DNA of 64,000 nt from positions 12,902-76,901 of the forward strand of contig JAIEPZ010000018.1 of NCBI GenBank assembly GCA_019748135.1. The letters are read 5' to 3'. This document shows positions 34,882 through 43,643 of the stretch, in pieces. Both the position numbers and the translations under genes were made by a program. How positions within the stretch are numbered: position 1 is the first letter of the stretch; each line of letters starts with the position of its first letter. The DNA comes from Hyphomicrobiales bacterium (GTDB lineage: Bacteria; Pseudomonadota; Alphaproteobacteria; Rhizobiales; UBA4765). A model generated the notes under the pieces. The model made no database searches and had not been told where the DNA came from. It worked only from the letters and a program-made list of their open reading frames with translations.

Positions 34882-35697
34882 ATGACGAACAATCACCTGT
34901 CGCGCCGTATGGTGATCGGATCAGCACTCAGCCTTGCCGTGCTGCCGCGCGCCGCGAAGGCCGCCGACCCGGACGCAGCGTTTGGCGACTTGCTGAAGAA
35001 ATACGTGTCGACCGGTCGCGATGGTATCAACCGCGTCGATTACCGGCGCTGGCACACTGACGCGCCGGATCGTCAGGCACTGGCGGCCTATATTACCTTA
35101 CGCGAGGCTGAGCGCCCCTCGCAGATGGCGCGCCCGCAGGCCCTGGCTTTCTGGGCAAACCTCTACAACAGCCTGACGCTGAAGGTGATCCTCGACAATT
35201 ACCCGGTGAAATCGATCCGCGACATCCGCAGCCAGTCAAGCCTGCTCGACCTGAAGGCCCTGATTGGTCCATGGCGAACCCAGCTTGTCAAAATCGAGGG
35301 CAAGAGCCTGTCGCTTGATGATATCGAGCATGGCATTATGCGCCCGACATTCGCCGACCCGCGCGTCCATTACGCCGTCAACTGCGCCTCCATCGGCTGT
35401 CCTAATCTCCAGCCATCGCCGTGGAGTGCGGTCACCCTGGACAGCGATCTTGACGCCGCCGCCCGCGCCTTCGTCAATCACCCGCGCGCGGTGACGGTGA
35501 AAGCCGATGGGTCGTTGAAAATATCCAGCATCTATCGCTGGTTCATCGAGGATTTCGGCGGCAATGATGCCGGCATCCTGCGCCATCTGCGCCTTTTCGC
35601 CAATGCTGATCTGGCGGAGCGCCTGTCAGGCACGACTCGCATCAGCGAAGACGCCTATGACTGGACGCTCAATGCGCCCGGCACAGGCGCCAGTTGA
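34882..35697 (+). CDS. DUF547 domain protein, probably Tat/Sec-exported
   Basis: 'SRRMVIGSALSLAVLPRAAKA' is a twin-arginine-like leader. 'YNSLTLKVILDNYP' and 'RVHYAVNCASIGCPNL' are also present. GGAGGGA lies upstream of the ATG at 34882. Confidence 0.8.
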   Translation: MTNNHLSRRMVIGSALSLAVLPRAAKAADPDAAFGDLLKKYVSTGRDGINRVDYRRWHTDAPDRQALAAYITLREAERPSQMARPQALAFWANLYNSLTLKVILDNYPVKSIRDIRSQSSLLDLKALIGPWRTQLVKIEGKSLSLDDIEHGIMRPTFADPRVHYAVNCASIGCPNLQPSPWSAVTLDSDLDAAARAFVNHPRAVTVKADGSLKISSIYRWFIEDFGGNDAGILRHLRLFANADLAERLSGTTRISEDAYDWTLNAPGTGAS

Positions 35698-36284
35698 CAG
35701 GCGTGCTCCTGAACGCCCGGCGTCCTGTCCGGTGGTGCACCGCAGGCGTGCTTGCCGTGATGGCGATGTCAGCAGCCATCTCGGCGGAGACAACACAGGG
35801 CACAGCACCACCGCGGATCAGCGTTGATTATGATGCCGCCGCTCAAACTGTTCGTGTCCTTGCCTCGATCGACATTCCCGCTCCTCGCCCTGTAGTGTGG
35901 CGGGTGATGAATGATTGCACCTACGCGTTCCGGATTGTTTCCGGCCTCAAAACCTGCCGTATCCTCGAGACGACACGCAGCGGCGATATTCGCGAGCATG
36001 TCATCAACCCGGCCTTCCCCCTGCCTGAAATCCGTAATGTCTTCCGCTCCGACTATACTGAGCCACGCCTCATCCGCTTCCGCCAGATCACCGGCGACTA
36101 TGTCCATTCCAATGGCGAATGGCGCCTGGAGTTGCTGGGAACCGGCACGCGCGTTGTCTATGATGCAGCGCTCGCCCTCACCATTCCCCTGCCGGCCATG
36201 TTGATCCGTGCGAAAATCCGCAGCGATTTTCTTGTGACCTTGCGTGCGCTGCGCCGGGAAGCGGTTGCGGCCGCCGCCAAATGA
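35694..36284 (+). CDS. SRPBCC (START/polyketide-cyclase-like) protein with signal-like N-terminus
   Basis: 196 aa. 'VWRVMNDCTYAFRIVSGLK' and a beta-rich profile. The TTG start overlaps the DUF547 stop; GTG 35703 is an alternative. Confidence 0.62.
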   Translation: MTGVLLNARRPVRWCTAGVLAVMAMSAAISAETTQGTAPPRISVDYDAAAQTVRVLASIDIPAPRPVVWRVMNDCTYAFRIVSGLKTCRILETTRSGDIREHVINPAFPLPEIRNVFRSDYTEPRLIRFRQITGDYVHSNGEWRLELLGTGTRVVYDAALALTIPLPAMLIRAKIRSDFLVTLRALRREAVAAAAK

Positions 36285-36976
36285 CGACCGGCCTACCCCC
36301 CTTGCGCATTTCGCTCATCATCCCTGCCCGCAACGAGGCGGAGAACCTCTCCGGCCTGTTGCCAACACTGACTTCAGCCAATTTCGCCGAGATCATCGTT
36401 GTTGATAATGGCAGCAGCGATGACACCCCGCAGATCGTTGCAGCAAACCCCGGCGTCGTTCTGGCGCGCAGCGCGCCTGGACGCGGGCCGGCAATGAATG
36501 CGGGCGCGGCGCTGAGCAGCGGCGACGTGCTGTTTTTTCTCCATGCCGACAGCCGCCTGCCCGCTGACGCCCTCGCCGCCATCCGTGCCGCCTTATCGGA
36601 CGCCCATGTCATCGCCGGCTGCTTTCGTCTCGCCTTTGATCGAACCGGCCCCACCCTGTCGCTCTCAGCCTGGATGACGCGTTTCGATACCCCCGTCACC
36701 ACCTTTGGTGACCAGGGTTACTTCATCCGCCGCAGCGCCTTTGAGCAGCTCGGTGGTTTTGCCCCATGGCCCATTCTCGAAGATGTCGATATGCGCCGGC
36801 GCCTGCAGCGCTTGGGAATATTTCGCAAGCTTGACCTCGCCATCACCACCTCGGCGCGCCGCTTTGCCCGCCATGGCCCGCTGCGCCAGCAATTGCGCAA
36901 TTGCCTGATCCTCGCCCTCTACGGGCTGGGAATGTCGCCGCATCGTCTGGCACGGCTCTACCGCCCGCACGCTTGA
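36281..36976 (+). CDS. family-2 glycosyltransferase, TIGR04283-like
   Basis: 'ISLIIPARNEAENL', 'IIVVDNGSSDDT', 'LFFLHADSRLP', 'FGDQGYFIRR' and 'LEDVDMRRRL'. ATGA overlap with the upstream gene. Confidence 0.8.
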   Translation: MTTGLPPLRISLIIPARNEAENLSGLLPTLTSANFAEIIVVDNGSSDDTPQIVAANPGVVLARSAPGRGPAMNAGAALSSGDVLFFLHADSRLPADALAAIRAALSDAHVIAGCFRLAFDRTGPTLSLSAWMTRFDTPVTTFGDQGYFIRRSAFEQLGGFAPWPILEDVDMRRRLQRLGIFRKLDLAITTSARRFARHGPLRQQLRNCLILALYGLGMSPHRLARLYRPHA

Positions 36977-37080
36977 GAGAGACGCCAACTTTACCGGGGA
37001 TATCCACCGTCCCCATGGCCAAATCACCACCCATCGCGCTAATCATCATGGATAGTGCGCCATATGTAGAGAATGAGCCT

Positions 37081-37365
37081 ATGCGCTTCATCGCTTTTCT
37101 GACTGTGCTGGTCCTCGCTTTGGTTTTGCTGAGCCCATTGTCGGCCCAGACGCCGCCAGCGACCAGGGCAGCCTCCGGCCAGTCCTGCGGTCGCATCCAG
37201 TCGATATGCGCTGCCCGCTGCAAGACGCGCGCGCCCACCGACACCAATTGCGTCGCCGATCACTGCACGCCCAAACTCGAGGAATGCCTGACGACCGGTT
37301 GCTGGCAGGAAGGCAGGCTCTACGGCGGCAAGCTCACCTGCAATCTGGTGAAATCACGGCGCTGA
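37081..37365 (+). CDS. small secreted Cys-rich protein (hypothetical)
   Basis: 94 aa. Signal 'MRFIAFLTVLVLALVLLSPLSAQ', and a ~71-aa mature part with 8 Cys. Confidence 0.5.
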   Translation: MRFIAFLTVLVLALVLLSPLSAQTPPATRAASGQSCGRIQSICAARCKTRAPTDTNCVADHCTPKLEECLTTGCWQEGRLYGGKLTCNLVKSRR

Positions 37366-37884
37366 GTGCGGTGCGAGCCGTTTTTCGAACCAGTGGTGAG
37401 CGTAGGGATTGTCGTTGAAGCGGGCGATCTCGCAATAGCCCTCGCGGCGGTAAAGCGCCTGCGCCTCGTGAAGCGCACGATTGGTATCGAGCCTGAGGAC
37501 CTCAAGGCCGCGCTCGCCCGCGATCACTTCGAGCCGGTCGAGCAGCCGCTTGGCAATGCCAAGACCGCGCGCGCCGGGCGCCGTCCACACCCGCTTGATC
37601 TCACCCGACACACCATCGGCCCCGCACACCAGCACGCCGCAGCCGACAGACCGTCCTTCAAGCGTTGCGAGCACGAAATAGCCCCGTGGAGGGAGCATAT
37701 CAGCGTCATTCGCGGGATTTGCCGCCGGATCAAAACCAGCCTCGAAGCGGGTCGCAAGCTCACGGTAATACGCTTCAAGACAGGCGCGCGCCGCAATATC
37801 GTCAGGCGCCACGATCGCAAGGGTTACGGCGCCGATCCGCTGCTGCTTGAAGCGAGGGACAGGCTGGAGCGTTTTCGGGCTCAT
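37354..37884 (-). CDS. GNAT family N-acetyltransferase
   Basis: 'IKRVWTAPGARGLGIAKRLL' is motif A. Confidence 0.85.
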   Translation of the reverse strand: MSPKTLQPVPRFKQQRIGAVTLAIVAPDDIAARACLEAYYRELATRFEAGFDPAANPANDADMLPPRGYFVLATLEGRSVGCGVLVCGADGVSGEIKRVWTAPGARGLGIAKRLLDRLEVIAGERGLEVLRLDTNRALHEAQALYRREGYCEIARFNDNPYAHHWFEKRLAPHSAP

Positions 37885-37925
37885 AAGCTGACTTTAGCCG
37901 GACAATGCACGCAGGCAAGCCCGTA

Positions 37926-38831
37926 TCATGCGCCGCGTCTGCCAATATGCTCTTTCAGAAAATCAACCATTGCCCGCACCTTGCGCGGCAGGAAGGCGCG
38001 GCTCGGGTAAACGATCCACGCGGCGGTGGTGAAGCTGGTGGGGGTGACGTTCAGGCCGGGAAAGAGGTCGATCAGCCGCCCATCCGCCAGCGGATCGGCC
38101 ACCAGCCAGTCAGCGAGCATGGCCGGGCCAAGACCGGCCAGAACCGCTCCACGCAGCGCCAGCGGCGTTGATACGAGAATATCACCCGCAATATCGACAG
38201 CCTTTTCCGCGCCTGTCGCGCTGCGATAGCGAAATCCACTGCGAAAGCCCGGCAGGTCGAGCAGCAGGCAGCTCTCGCTTGACAAGGCTTCCGGCGTTGG
38301 CGGCGCGCGATGGGTGGTGAGCCAGCCGGGACTTGCCACCAGCTTGTAATGCGTATCGACGAGCTTGGAAGCGATGACATCCCCTTGAAGCGCTGCCCCC
38401 AGCCGGATCGCCAGGTCGATGCGTTCGCCGACGAGATCGAGATTGCTGTCGGTAAACACCAGATCAAGTTTCAGATCGGGATAAAGCCGGCGGAATTCAC
38501 CAACCAGCGGCATCACGCAGATTTCGCCATAGGCAACCGACGCCGTCAGGCGCAACGTCCCGCTGACGGTTTCTGTCATATCGAGCGCTTCGCTGCGCGC
38601 GCGGCGCAGTTCCTCGAGAATGGCATCGAGGCGCTTGACAAACGCGTCACCCGCTTCGGTCAGCGTCAGCCGCCTTGTGCTGCGCTGGAAAAGGCGCAGC
38701 CCCAACTCCTCTTCGAGCCGGGCAATCACACGCGACACCGAGGAGGGATCAATCGCACGTTCCTTGGCTGCCGCCGCGAAACTGCCGCGCTGCGCCACAT
38801 CGAGCAGGAGCGAGAGGTTTTCAATATCCAT
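37926..38831 (-). CDS. LysR family transcriptional regulator
   Basis: 'FAAAAKERAIDPSSVSRVIARLEEELGLRLFQRSTRRLTLTEAG', plus a periplasmic-binding-fold C-terminus. Confidence 0.92.
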   Translation of the reverse strand: MDIENLSLLLDVAQRGSFAAAAKERAIDPSSVSRVIARLEEELGLRLFQRSTRRLTLTEAGDAFVKRLDAILEELRRARSEALDMTETVSGTLRLTASVAYGEICVMPLVGEFRRLYPDLKLDLVFTDSNLDLVGERIDLAIRLGAALQGDVIASKLVDTHYKLVASPGWLTTHRAPPTPEALSSESCLLLDLPGFRSGFRYRSATGAEKAVDIAGDILVSTPLALRGAVLAGLGPAMLADWLVADPLADGRLIDLFPGLNVTPTSFTTAAWIVYPSRAFLPRKVRAMVDFLKEHIGRRGA

Positions 38832-38941
38832 TCGTGCAAGATACGCATTTCAATCGTGGATGACCACCTATTTTTGACAGCCACTTGCACGAATATACCA
38901 GCCGCATCGCCGCTGAAGCGGCATGCATGCAGGAGACGCCC

Positions 38942-39508
38942 GTGACGAATTTCACCGTACATACCCTTGACTCGGCCCCCGCCGCTTCCCGCCCGCAGCT
39001 GGAAAAGACGCAGGCGGATTGGAGTTTTATACCAACCCTCCACGCCACGCTGGCCGAAAGCCCGGCAACCCTGCAGGGCTATCGCGATCTCTTCGCGCTT
39101 GTTCAGCAATCATCCTTCACGCCGGCTGAACAGCAGGTCGCCTATCTCGCCGTCAACGTTATGCATGGTTGCGAATACTGCACCGCCGGCCATACCTTTC
39201 TTGCGCGCCAGCTCGGGCTTGCCGAGGACGCCATCCAGTCGCTGCGCAACCAGAAACCCATCGCCGATTCCCGCCTTGAGGCCCTGCGCCGCTTCACCGA
39301 GACGGTTGTTGCCAGCCGCGGACATGCCGGTGATCAGGTCGTTGATGCCTTCATCGCTGCCGGCTTCACCCGCGCCCAGGTGCTCGAAGTGGTCCTCATC
39401 ATCGCCACCAAGACCATCTCGAACTACGTCAACCACCTCACCCATACCCCCAAGGAAAGCTTCATGAGCGATCCGTCACTGGGTTGGTCGGCCCCCAAAG
39501 CAGCCTAA
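38942..39508 (+). CDS. carboxymuconolactone decarboxylase / AhpD-like protein
   Basis: 'MHGCEYCTAGH' CxxC-H motif. GTG 38942 has AGGAG 6 nt upstream; alternative ATGs are at 38927 and 38885. Confidence 0.8.
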   Translation: MTNFTVHTLDSAPAASRPQLEKTQADWSFIPTLHATLAESPATLQGYRDLFALVQQSSFTPAEQQVAYLAVNVMHGCEYCTAGHTFLARQLGLAEDAIQSLRNQKPIADSRLEALRRFTETVVASRGHAGDQVVDAFIAAGFTRAQVLEVVLIIATKTISNYVNHLTHTPKESFMSDPSLGWSAPKAA

Positions 39509-39531
39509 CGACGCTAATCGAGGAGAAGATA

Positions 39532-40395
39532 ATGGCAAAGATAGCTTTTCTCGGCCTTGGCGCCATGGGATCGCGCATGGCGCGCAGCCTCATCGCTGCC
39601 GGGCACGAGATGACAGTATGGAACCGCTCCGCAGCCCTTGCCCGTGCGCTTGCCGATCACGGAGCGATGATCGCTTCGAGCCCGCGCGCCGCTGCGACCG
39701 GCGCTGACATCGTCATCGCCATGCTGCGCGATGATCAGGCCTCACGCAGTGTCTGGCTTGATGACGACAATGGCGCGCTTGCCGGCATGTCCGCTGGCGC
39801 GCTCGCCATTGAATGCTCGACGCTGACGGTTGCCTGGGCACGTGAACTGGCCGGAGCCGTCCACACGTCTGGTCACAGCTTCCTCGATGCTCCGGTCGTC
39901 GGGTCCCGTCCCCAGGCCGAGGGCCGCCAGCTGATCTTCCTGGCCGGCGGAGCAGCCAGCGATGTCGAGCGGGCAACGCCGTTCTTCAGCGCCATGGGCC
40001 AGGCAACCCATCACGTTGGCGGCAATGGCTGCGGTTCAGCGGTGAAGCTGGCGGTCAATGCCCTCTTCGCCATTCAGGTCGCGGGGATGGCCGAGTTGAT
40101 CACCATGCTCAAGGCCGACGGCGTCGATATCACCCGCGCGGTCGAGGTCATCGGCGCGACGCCGGTCGCCAGCGTGGCCGCCAAGGGTGCCGCAGCCTCC
40201 ATGCTTGCCGGCAATTTCGCCCCGATGTTTCCGGTCGAACTGGTGGCAAAAGACCTTGACTATGTCGCCAGCGCCGTTGCTGCTGGACGAAACCGCGCGC
40301 CGCTCTCGGCTGCAACTCGCCTTGCCATGGGAGAGGCCATCGCCAAGGGATTTGGCAATGACAACCTGACCGGCGTGGTGCGCATTTACAACTGA
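39532..40395 (+). CDS. NAD(P)-dependent oxidoreductase (3-hydroxyisobutyrate/6-phosphogluconate dehydrogenase-like)
   Basis: 'IAFLGLGAMGSRMARSL' Rossmann motif and a 'GSAVKLAVN' helical domain. Confidence 0.88.
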   Translation: MAKIAFLGLGAMGSRMARSLIAAGHEMTVWNRSAALARALADHGAMIASSPRAAATGADIVIAMLRDDQASRSVWLDDDNGALAGMSAGALAIECSTLTVAWARELAGAVHTSGHSFLDAPVVGSRPQAEGRQLIFLAGGAASDVERATPFFSAMGQATHHVGGNGCGSAVKLAVNALFAIQVAGMAELITMLKADGVDITRAVEVIGATPVASVAAKGAAASMLAGNFAPMFPVELVAKDLDYVASAVAAGRNRAPLSAATRLAMGEAIAKGFGNDNLTGVVRIYN

Positions 40396-40450
40396 GGCTC
40401 GATGACCGCCCGGCTTGCCAAGCCGGGCGGTCTGCGTCATCACGGACACC

Positions 40451-41074
40451 ATGATCCCGGACGCTCCGCCACATCTATCACCAGGCTTCCACGCCGTCCC
40501 TGCCGGCCATCTGGCGGCCATCGTCACCGCGCTCGACATGCATGAGCCGCCCCGCACCCCTCCTCGCCCGTTTCCGGCAGGCTATGTGCTAAATCAGCGG
40601 AAATCTCCGCCAAACGAGTGGTATCTGACGCTTTTCCGCGCCATCGGCGCGCCCTGGCTGTGGACCTCTCGGCTGCGTCTGTCGCCCCCTGCCCTCACCG
40701 CCATCCTCACCTCGCCCGATGTCGACATCTACGCCCTTCAGGAGGGCAGCGCCGATGGCGATCCGGTTGGCCTGCTTGAGCTTGATTTTTCGACGGCCGG
40801 CCAGTGCGAAGTCGCCTTCTTCGGCCTGGTTGATCGCTGCCGGCGCCGCGGCCTTGGTCGCCCGATGATGGATTTCGCGCTCGATCATGCCTGGTCGCGG
40901 CCAGGCGTGGAGCGTGTATGGATCCATACATGCTCGCTCGATGATCCGGCGGCCTTGCGCTTTTATCAGGCCTGCGGCTTCAAGCCTTACGCCCGTCAGG
41001 TCGAGATCCTCGCCGATCCGCGCCTTGCCGGCATCCTGCCGGTCGATTGCGCGCCCCTGCACCCGCTTCTTTAG
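40451..41074 (+). CDS. GNAT family N-acetyltransferase
   Basis: 'FFGLVDRCRRRGLGRPMMDFAL' and 'ALRFYQACGF'. Confidence 0.75.
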   Translation: MIPDAPPHLSPGFHAVPAGHLAAIVTALDMHEPPRTPPRPFPAGYVLNQRKSPPNEWYLTLFRAIGAPWLWTSRLRLSPPALTAILTSPDVDIYALQEGSADGDPVGLLELDFSTAGQCEVAFFGLVDRCRRRGLGRPMMDFALDHAWSRPGVERVWIHTCSLDDPAALRFYQACGFKPYARQVEILADPRLAGILPVDCAPLHPLL

Positions 41075-41988
41075 CCTCGTCGTCCCTTGAAACGAGATGC
41101 GGCAACGGCAATCAGGATCAGCGCTGCACCAATGCCCTGAACGGCACTGATGGGTTCAAGGAGGATAAGAAGCGCCAGAAGCGCCGTCATGACCGGCTGG
41201 GCCAGAACCGCGAGCGCAACTGGCGCCACCGACAGACGCCCGATGGCGAACGCCGTCAAGCCTTGCCCGAGCGCATGGGATAACAGACCAAGTCCGATCA
41301 ACGGCAGCCAGCCAGCCGGTGAGCGCGGCCACATCGCACCACCATCAACCAGTGCCAGAACGAACAAGGCGAGCGCTGCGACCAGGCTGGAGCGCCACAT
41401 GACGAGCGCGCTTGAAATACGCGCCTGCGCCCGTTTGAGAAAGATGAAATAGGCGCCGTAGGCAACAGCCGCGCCGAGCGCCATCACATCGCCGAAGCCA
41501 AGCGCGGCAAGGCTCGCCTTGGCGCCACCCATCAGCCAGGCGCCGAAGAGGGCGATGCCAAGCGCCGCCCAGACGATAGGTCCGATGCGCTCCTTGAGGA
41601 TGAGCGCGCTTGCCGCCACCGCCAGGATCGACGCCATATTGGCAATGAACGACGCGTTGGTGACGGAGGTCGTTGCAATCGCCAGATGAAAAAACGCCAG
41701 ATCAGCTGCAAAGCACAGACCTGCGGCAAGGGAATCAAACCAGCCGCCAGCCGTCGGCCTGTCGCCCTTCGCGGGCGCAGCAAAGCGCGTCCACACATAG
41801 AGCGCCGGCATGGCAATCGCCATGCGCCAGAAGGCGCTTTCAAGCGGCCCGACATCGGAAAAGCGCACAAAAAGCGCCGACCACGAGATGGTGAACACCG
41901 ACAGGCCAAGGGCGATCCAGCCGACTGCCTCCGGGCTCAGAGGTGGCCGATGGCCCTTTTCGCTTGTCTGCATGTCCATCATCCCCAT
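41071..41988 (-). CDS. DMT (EamA) family transporter
   Basis: About 10 TM segments with two EamA-like halves. Confidence 0.85.
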   Translation of the reverse strand: MGMMDMQTSEKGHRPPLSPEAVGWIALGLSVFTISWSALFVRFSDVGPLESAFWRMAIAMPALYVWTRFAAPAKGDRPTAGGWFDSLAAGLCFAADLAFFHLAIATTSVTNASFIANMASILAVAASALILKERIGPIVWAALGIALFGAWLMGGAKASLAALGFGDVMALGAAVAYGAYFIFLKRAQARISSALVMWRSSLVAALALFVLALVDGGAMWPRSPAGWLPLIGLGLLSHALGQGLTAFAIGRLSVAPVALAVLAQPVMTALLALLILLEPISAVQGIGAALILIAVAASRFKGRRG

Positions 41989-42066
41989 TTCCGCCGCGCC
42001 AAGCTTAGCGGCTGAACGGGAGGGCGAATAATCAAACTCGGTGACGGATTGGCGCCAGCGCGCTTA

Positions 42067-42753
42067 TCAATCGCGGGGCGCCGGATTGGCGGCGAAGAGC
42101 CAGCCGGCAAATATGCCAGCACAGCCCGCGCCGATGATCTGAGCGATCACAAAGGGCAGGACATCGCCAGGGCGTATGCCCGCGAAGGTGGCGGTAAAGG
42201 AGCGGGCAAGCGTCACGGCAGGGTTAGCAAACGAGGTCGAGGCGGTAAACCAATAGGCAGCCGTGATCGTCAGTCCCACCAATACCGGAATTGCCTCCGG
42301 GCGATAGCGCAGACTGCCGAGGATGGCAAACAGCAGACAGAAACTCGCCACACCCTCCGCCAGCCATTGCGCCGGGCCGCTGCGCACCGCAATGCCCGCC
42401 TGCAGCAAGGGCACATCGAACATGGCATGCGCCATAATCGTTCCACCCACGCCGCCGATACATTGAACAAGGATATAGGGCACGACGTCGCGTCGCGGAG
42501 ACACGCCGCGCGCCGCCTGCACCAGGGTGACCAGCGGATTGAAATGCGCTCCCGACAAGGGGCCGATAATCGAAATCAGCACCACGAGGATAGCCCCGGT
42601 CGCAATCGTATTGGCGAGAAGGGCGATTGCGACATTGCCGCCGGCAAGCCGCTCACCCATGATTCCAGAACCGACCACGGTGGCGACCAGAATGGCTGTG
42701 CCGATCCCCTCACCGGCAAGGCGACGGCTGATATCAGACGGTGCCATCTTCAT
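42067..42753 (-). CDS. MIP-family channel (AqpS/aquaglyceroporin-like, ars-linked)
   Basis: 'SGAHFNPLVTL' (first box is NPL rather than NPA) and 'SFANPAVTLAR'. The start overlaps the 3' end of the arsR-arsC fusion. Confidence 0.88.
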   Translation of the reverse strand: MKMAPSDISRRLAGEGIGTAILVATVVGSGIMGERLAGGNVAIALLANTIATGAILVVLISIIGPLSGAHFNPLVTLVQAARGVSPRRDVVPYILVQCIGGVGGTIMAHAMFDVPLLQAGIAVRSGPAQWLAEGVASFCLLFAILGSLRYRPEAIPVLVGLTITAAYWFTASTSFANPAVTLARSFTATFAGIRPGDVLPFVIAQIIGAGCAGIFAGWLFAANPAPRD

Positions 42754-43603
42754 GTGCCTCCCTGGCGGCTGCATCAGCATGGATCGATTGCAGGGTCGCG
42801 CGGATCGTCGTCGGCTCCATGGTATGAAGCGGCAGGGCGACCAGCGCTTCGATCCGCCGGCGCAAGCAATGATATGTCGTTTCGAAGGCTGCCAGCTTGT
42901 CAGCCTGCTGGCCCTCCGCATCCGAGGGATCAGCAAGCCCCCAATGGGCCGCCACCGGATGCCCCGGCCATACCGGACAGGCCTCCCCCGCCGCCTGATC
43001 GCACACCGTTATAATGATATCGACGGGAGGAGCGCCGGGAACGGCAAATTCATCCCATGATTTAGAACGAAGCCCGTCGACATCATGCCCATGGGCGCGC
43101 AAAGTGGCGAGCGCCAGCGGGTTTGGCATGCCTTTGGGCGAGGAGCCGGCGCTGAGGCCGATGAATGTGCCATCGCCCAGCGACGACACCAGCCGCTCGC
43201 CAAGGATGGAGCGGGCGGAATTGCCAGTGCACAGCACCAGCACGCGGTAGGGAGGGGTCAGCATCGCATGATCCTGGGGATTGGCGGGGACATCAGGGAG
43301 AGACGAAAATGCGGCAAGCCCTGCACAGCAATCGCGTTGCAGGAAGGCGGCGAGTTTGCCACCGATCGACAGATCGGCGCGGTAGATGATACGCCGCCCG
43401 ACGCGACGCGGACACACAAGACCCGCTGCCTCCATATCCTTGAGATGAAACGAGAGGGCGGACGGATTAATCGCCAGACGCTGCGCCAGATCGCCCGCCG
43501 CGAGCCCGTCAATCCCACAACGCATGAGCAGACGAAACGCCGTCAGGCGCTGGGGATGGGCCAGAGCCGCAAAAAGAGCAATTGCCGCAGCTTCATTCAT
43601 CAT
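42734..43603 (-). CDS. ArsR-family repressor fused to LMW-PTP-type arsenate reductase (ArsR-ArsC)
   Basis: The N-terminal wHTH is 'HPQRLTAFRLL...LAAGDLAQRLAINPSALSFHLKDMEAAGLV' with vicinal Cys92-Cys93. The C-terminus carries 'VLVLCTGNSARS' and 'VCDQAAGEAC'. Confidence 0.85.
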   Translation of the reverse strand: MMNEAAAIALFAALAHPQRLTAFRLLMRCGIDGLAAGDLAQRLAINPSALSFHLKDMEAAGLVCPRRVGRRIIYRADLSIGGKLAAFLQRDCCAGLAAFSSLPDVPANPQDHAMLTPPYRVLVLCTGNSARSILGERLVSSLGDGTFIGLSAGSSPKGMPNPLALATLRAHGHDVDGLRSKSWDEFAVPGAPPVDIIITVCDQAAGEACPVWPGHPVAAHWGLADPSDAEGQQADKLAAFETTYHCLRRRIEALVALPLHTMEPTTIRATLQSIHADAAAREAHEDGTV

Positions 43604-43617
43604 CTACCCTTACAACA

Positions 43618-43643
43618 TTTCAATAATACTTGAAAGATTGAAA
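43618..43643. promoter_or_regulatory. TTTCAA-N6-TTGAAA inverted repeat plus a third TTGAAA half-site (candidate ArsR operator)
   Basis: TTTCAA at 43618-23, and TTGAAA at 43630-35 and 43638-43. These sit in the 39-bp gap between the divergent arsR-arsC and MFS start codons. Confidence 0.3.
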
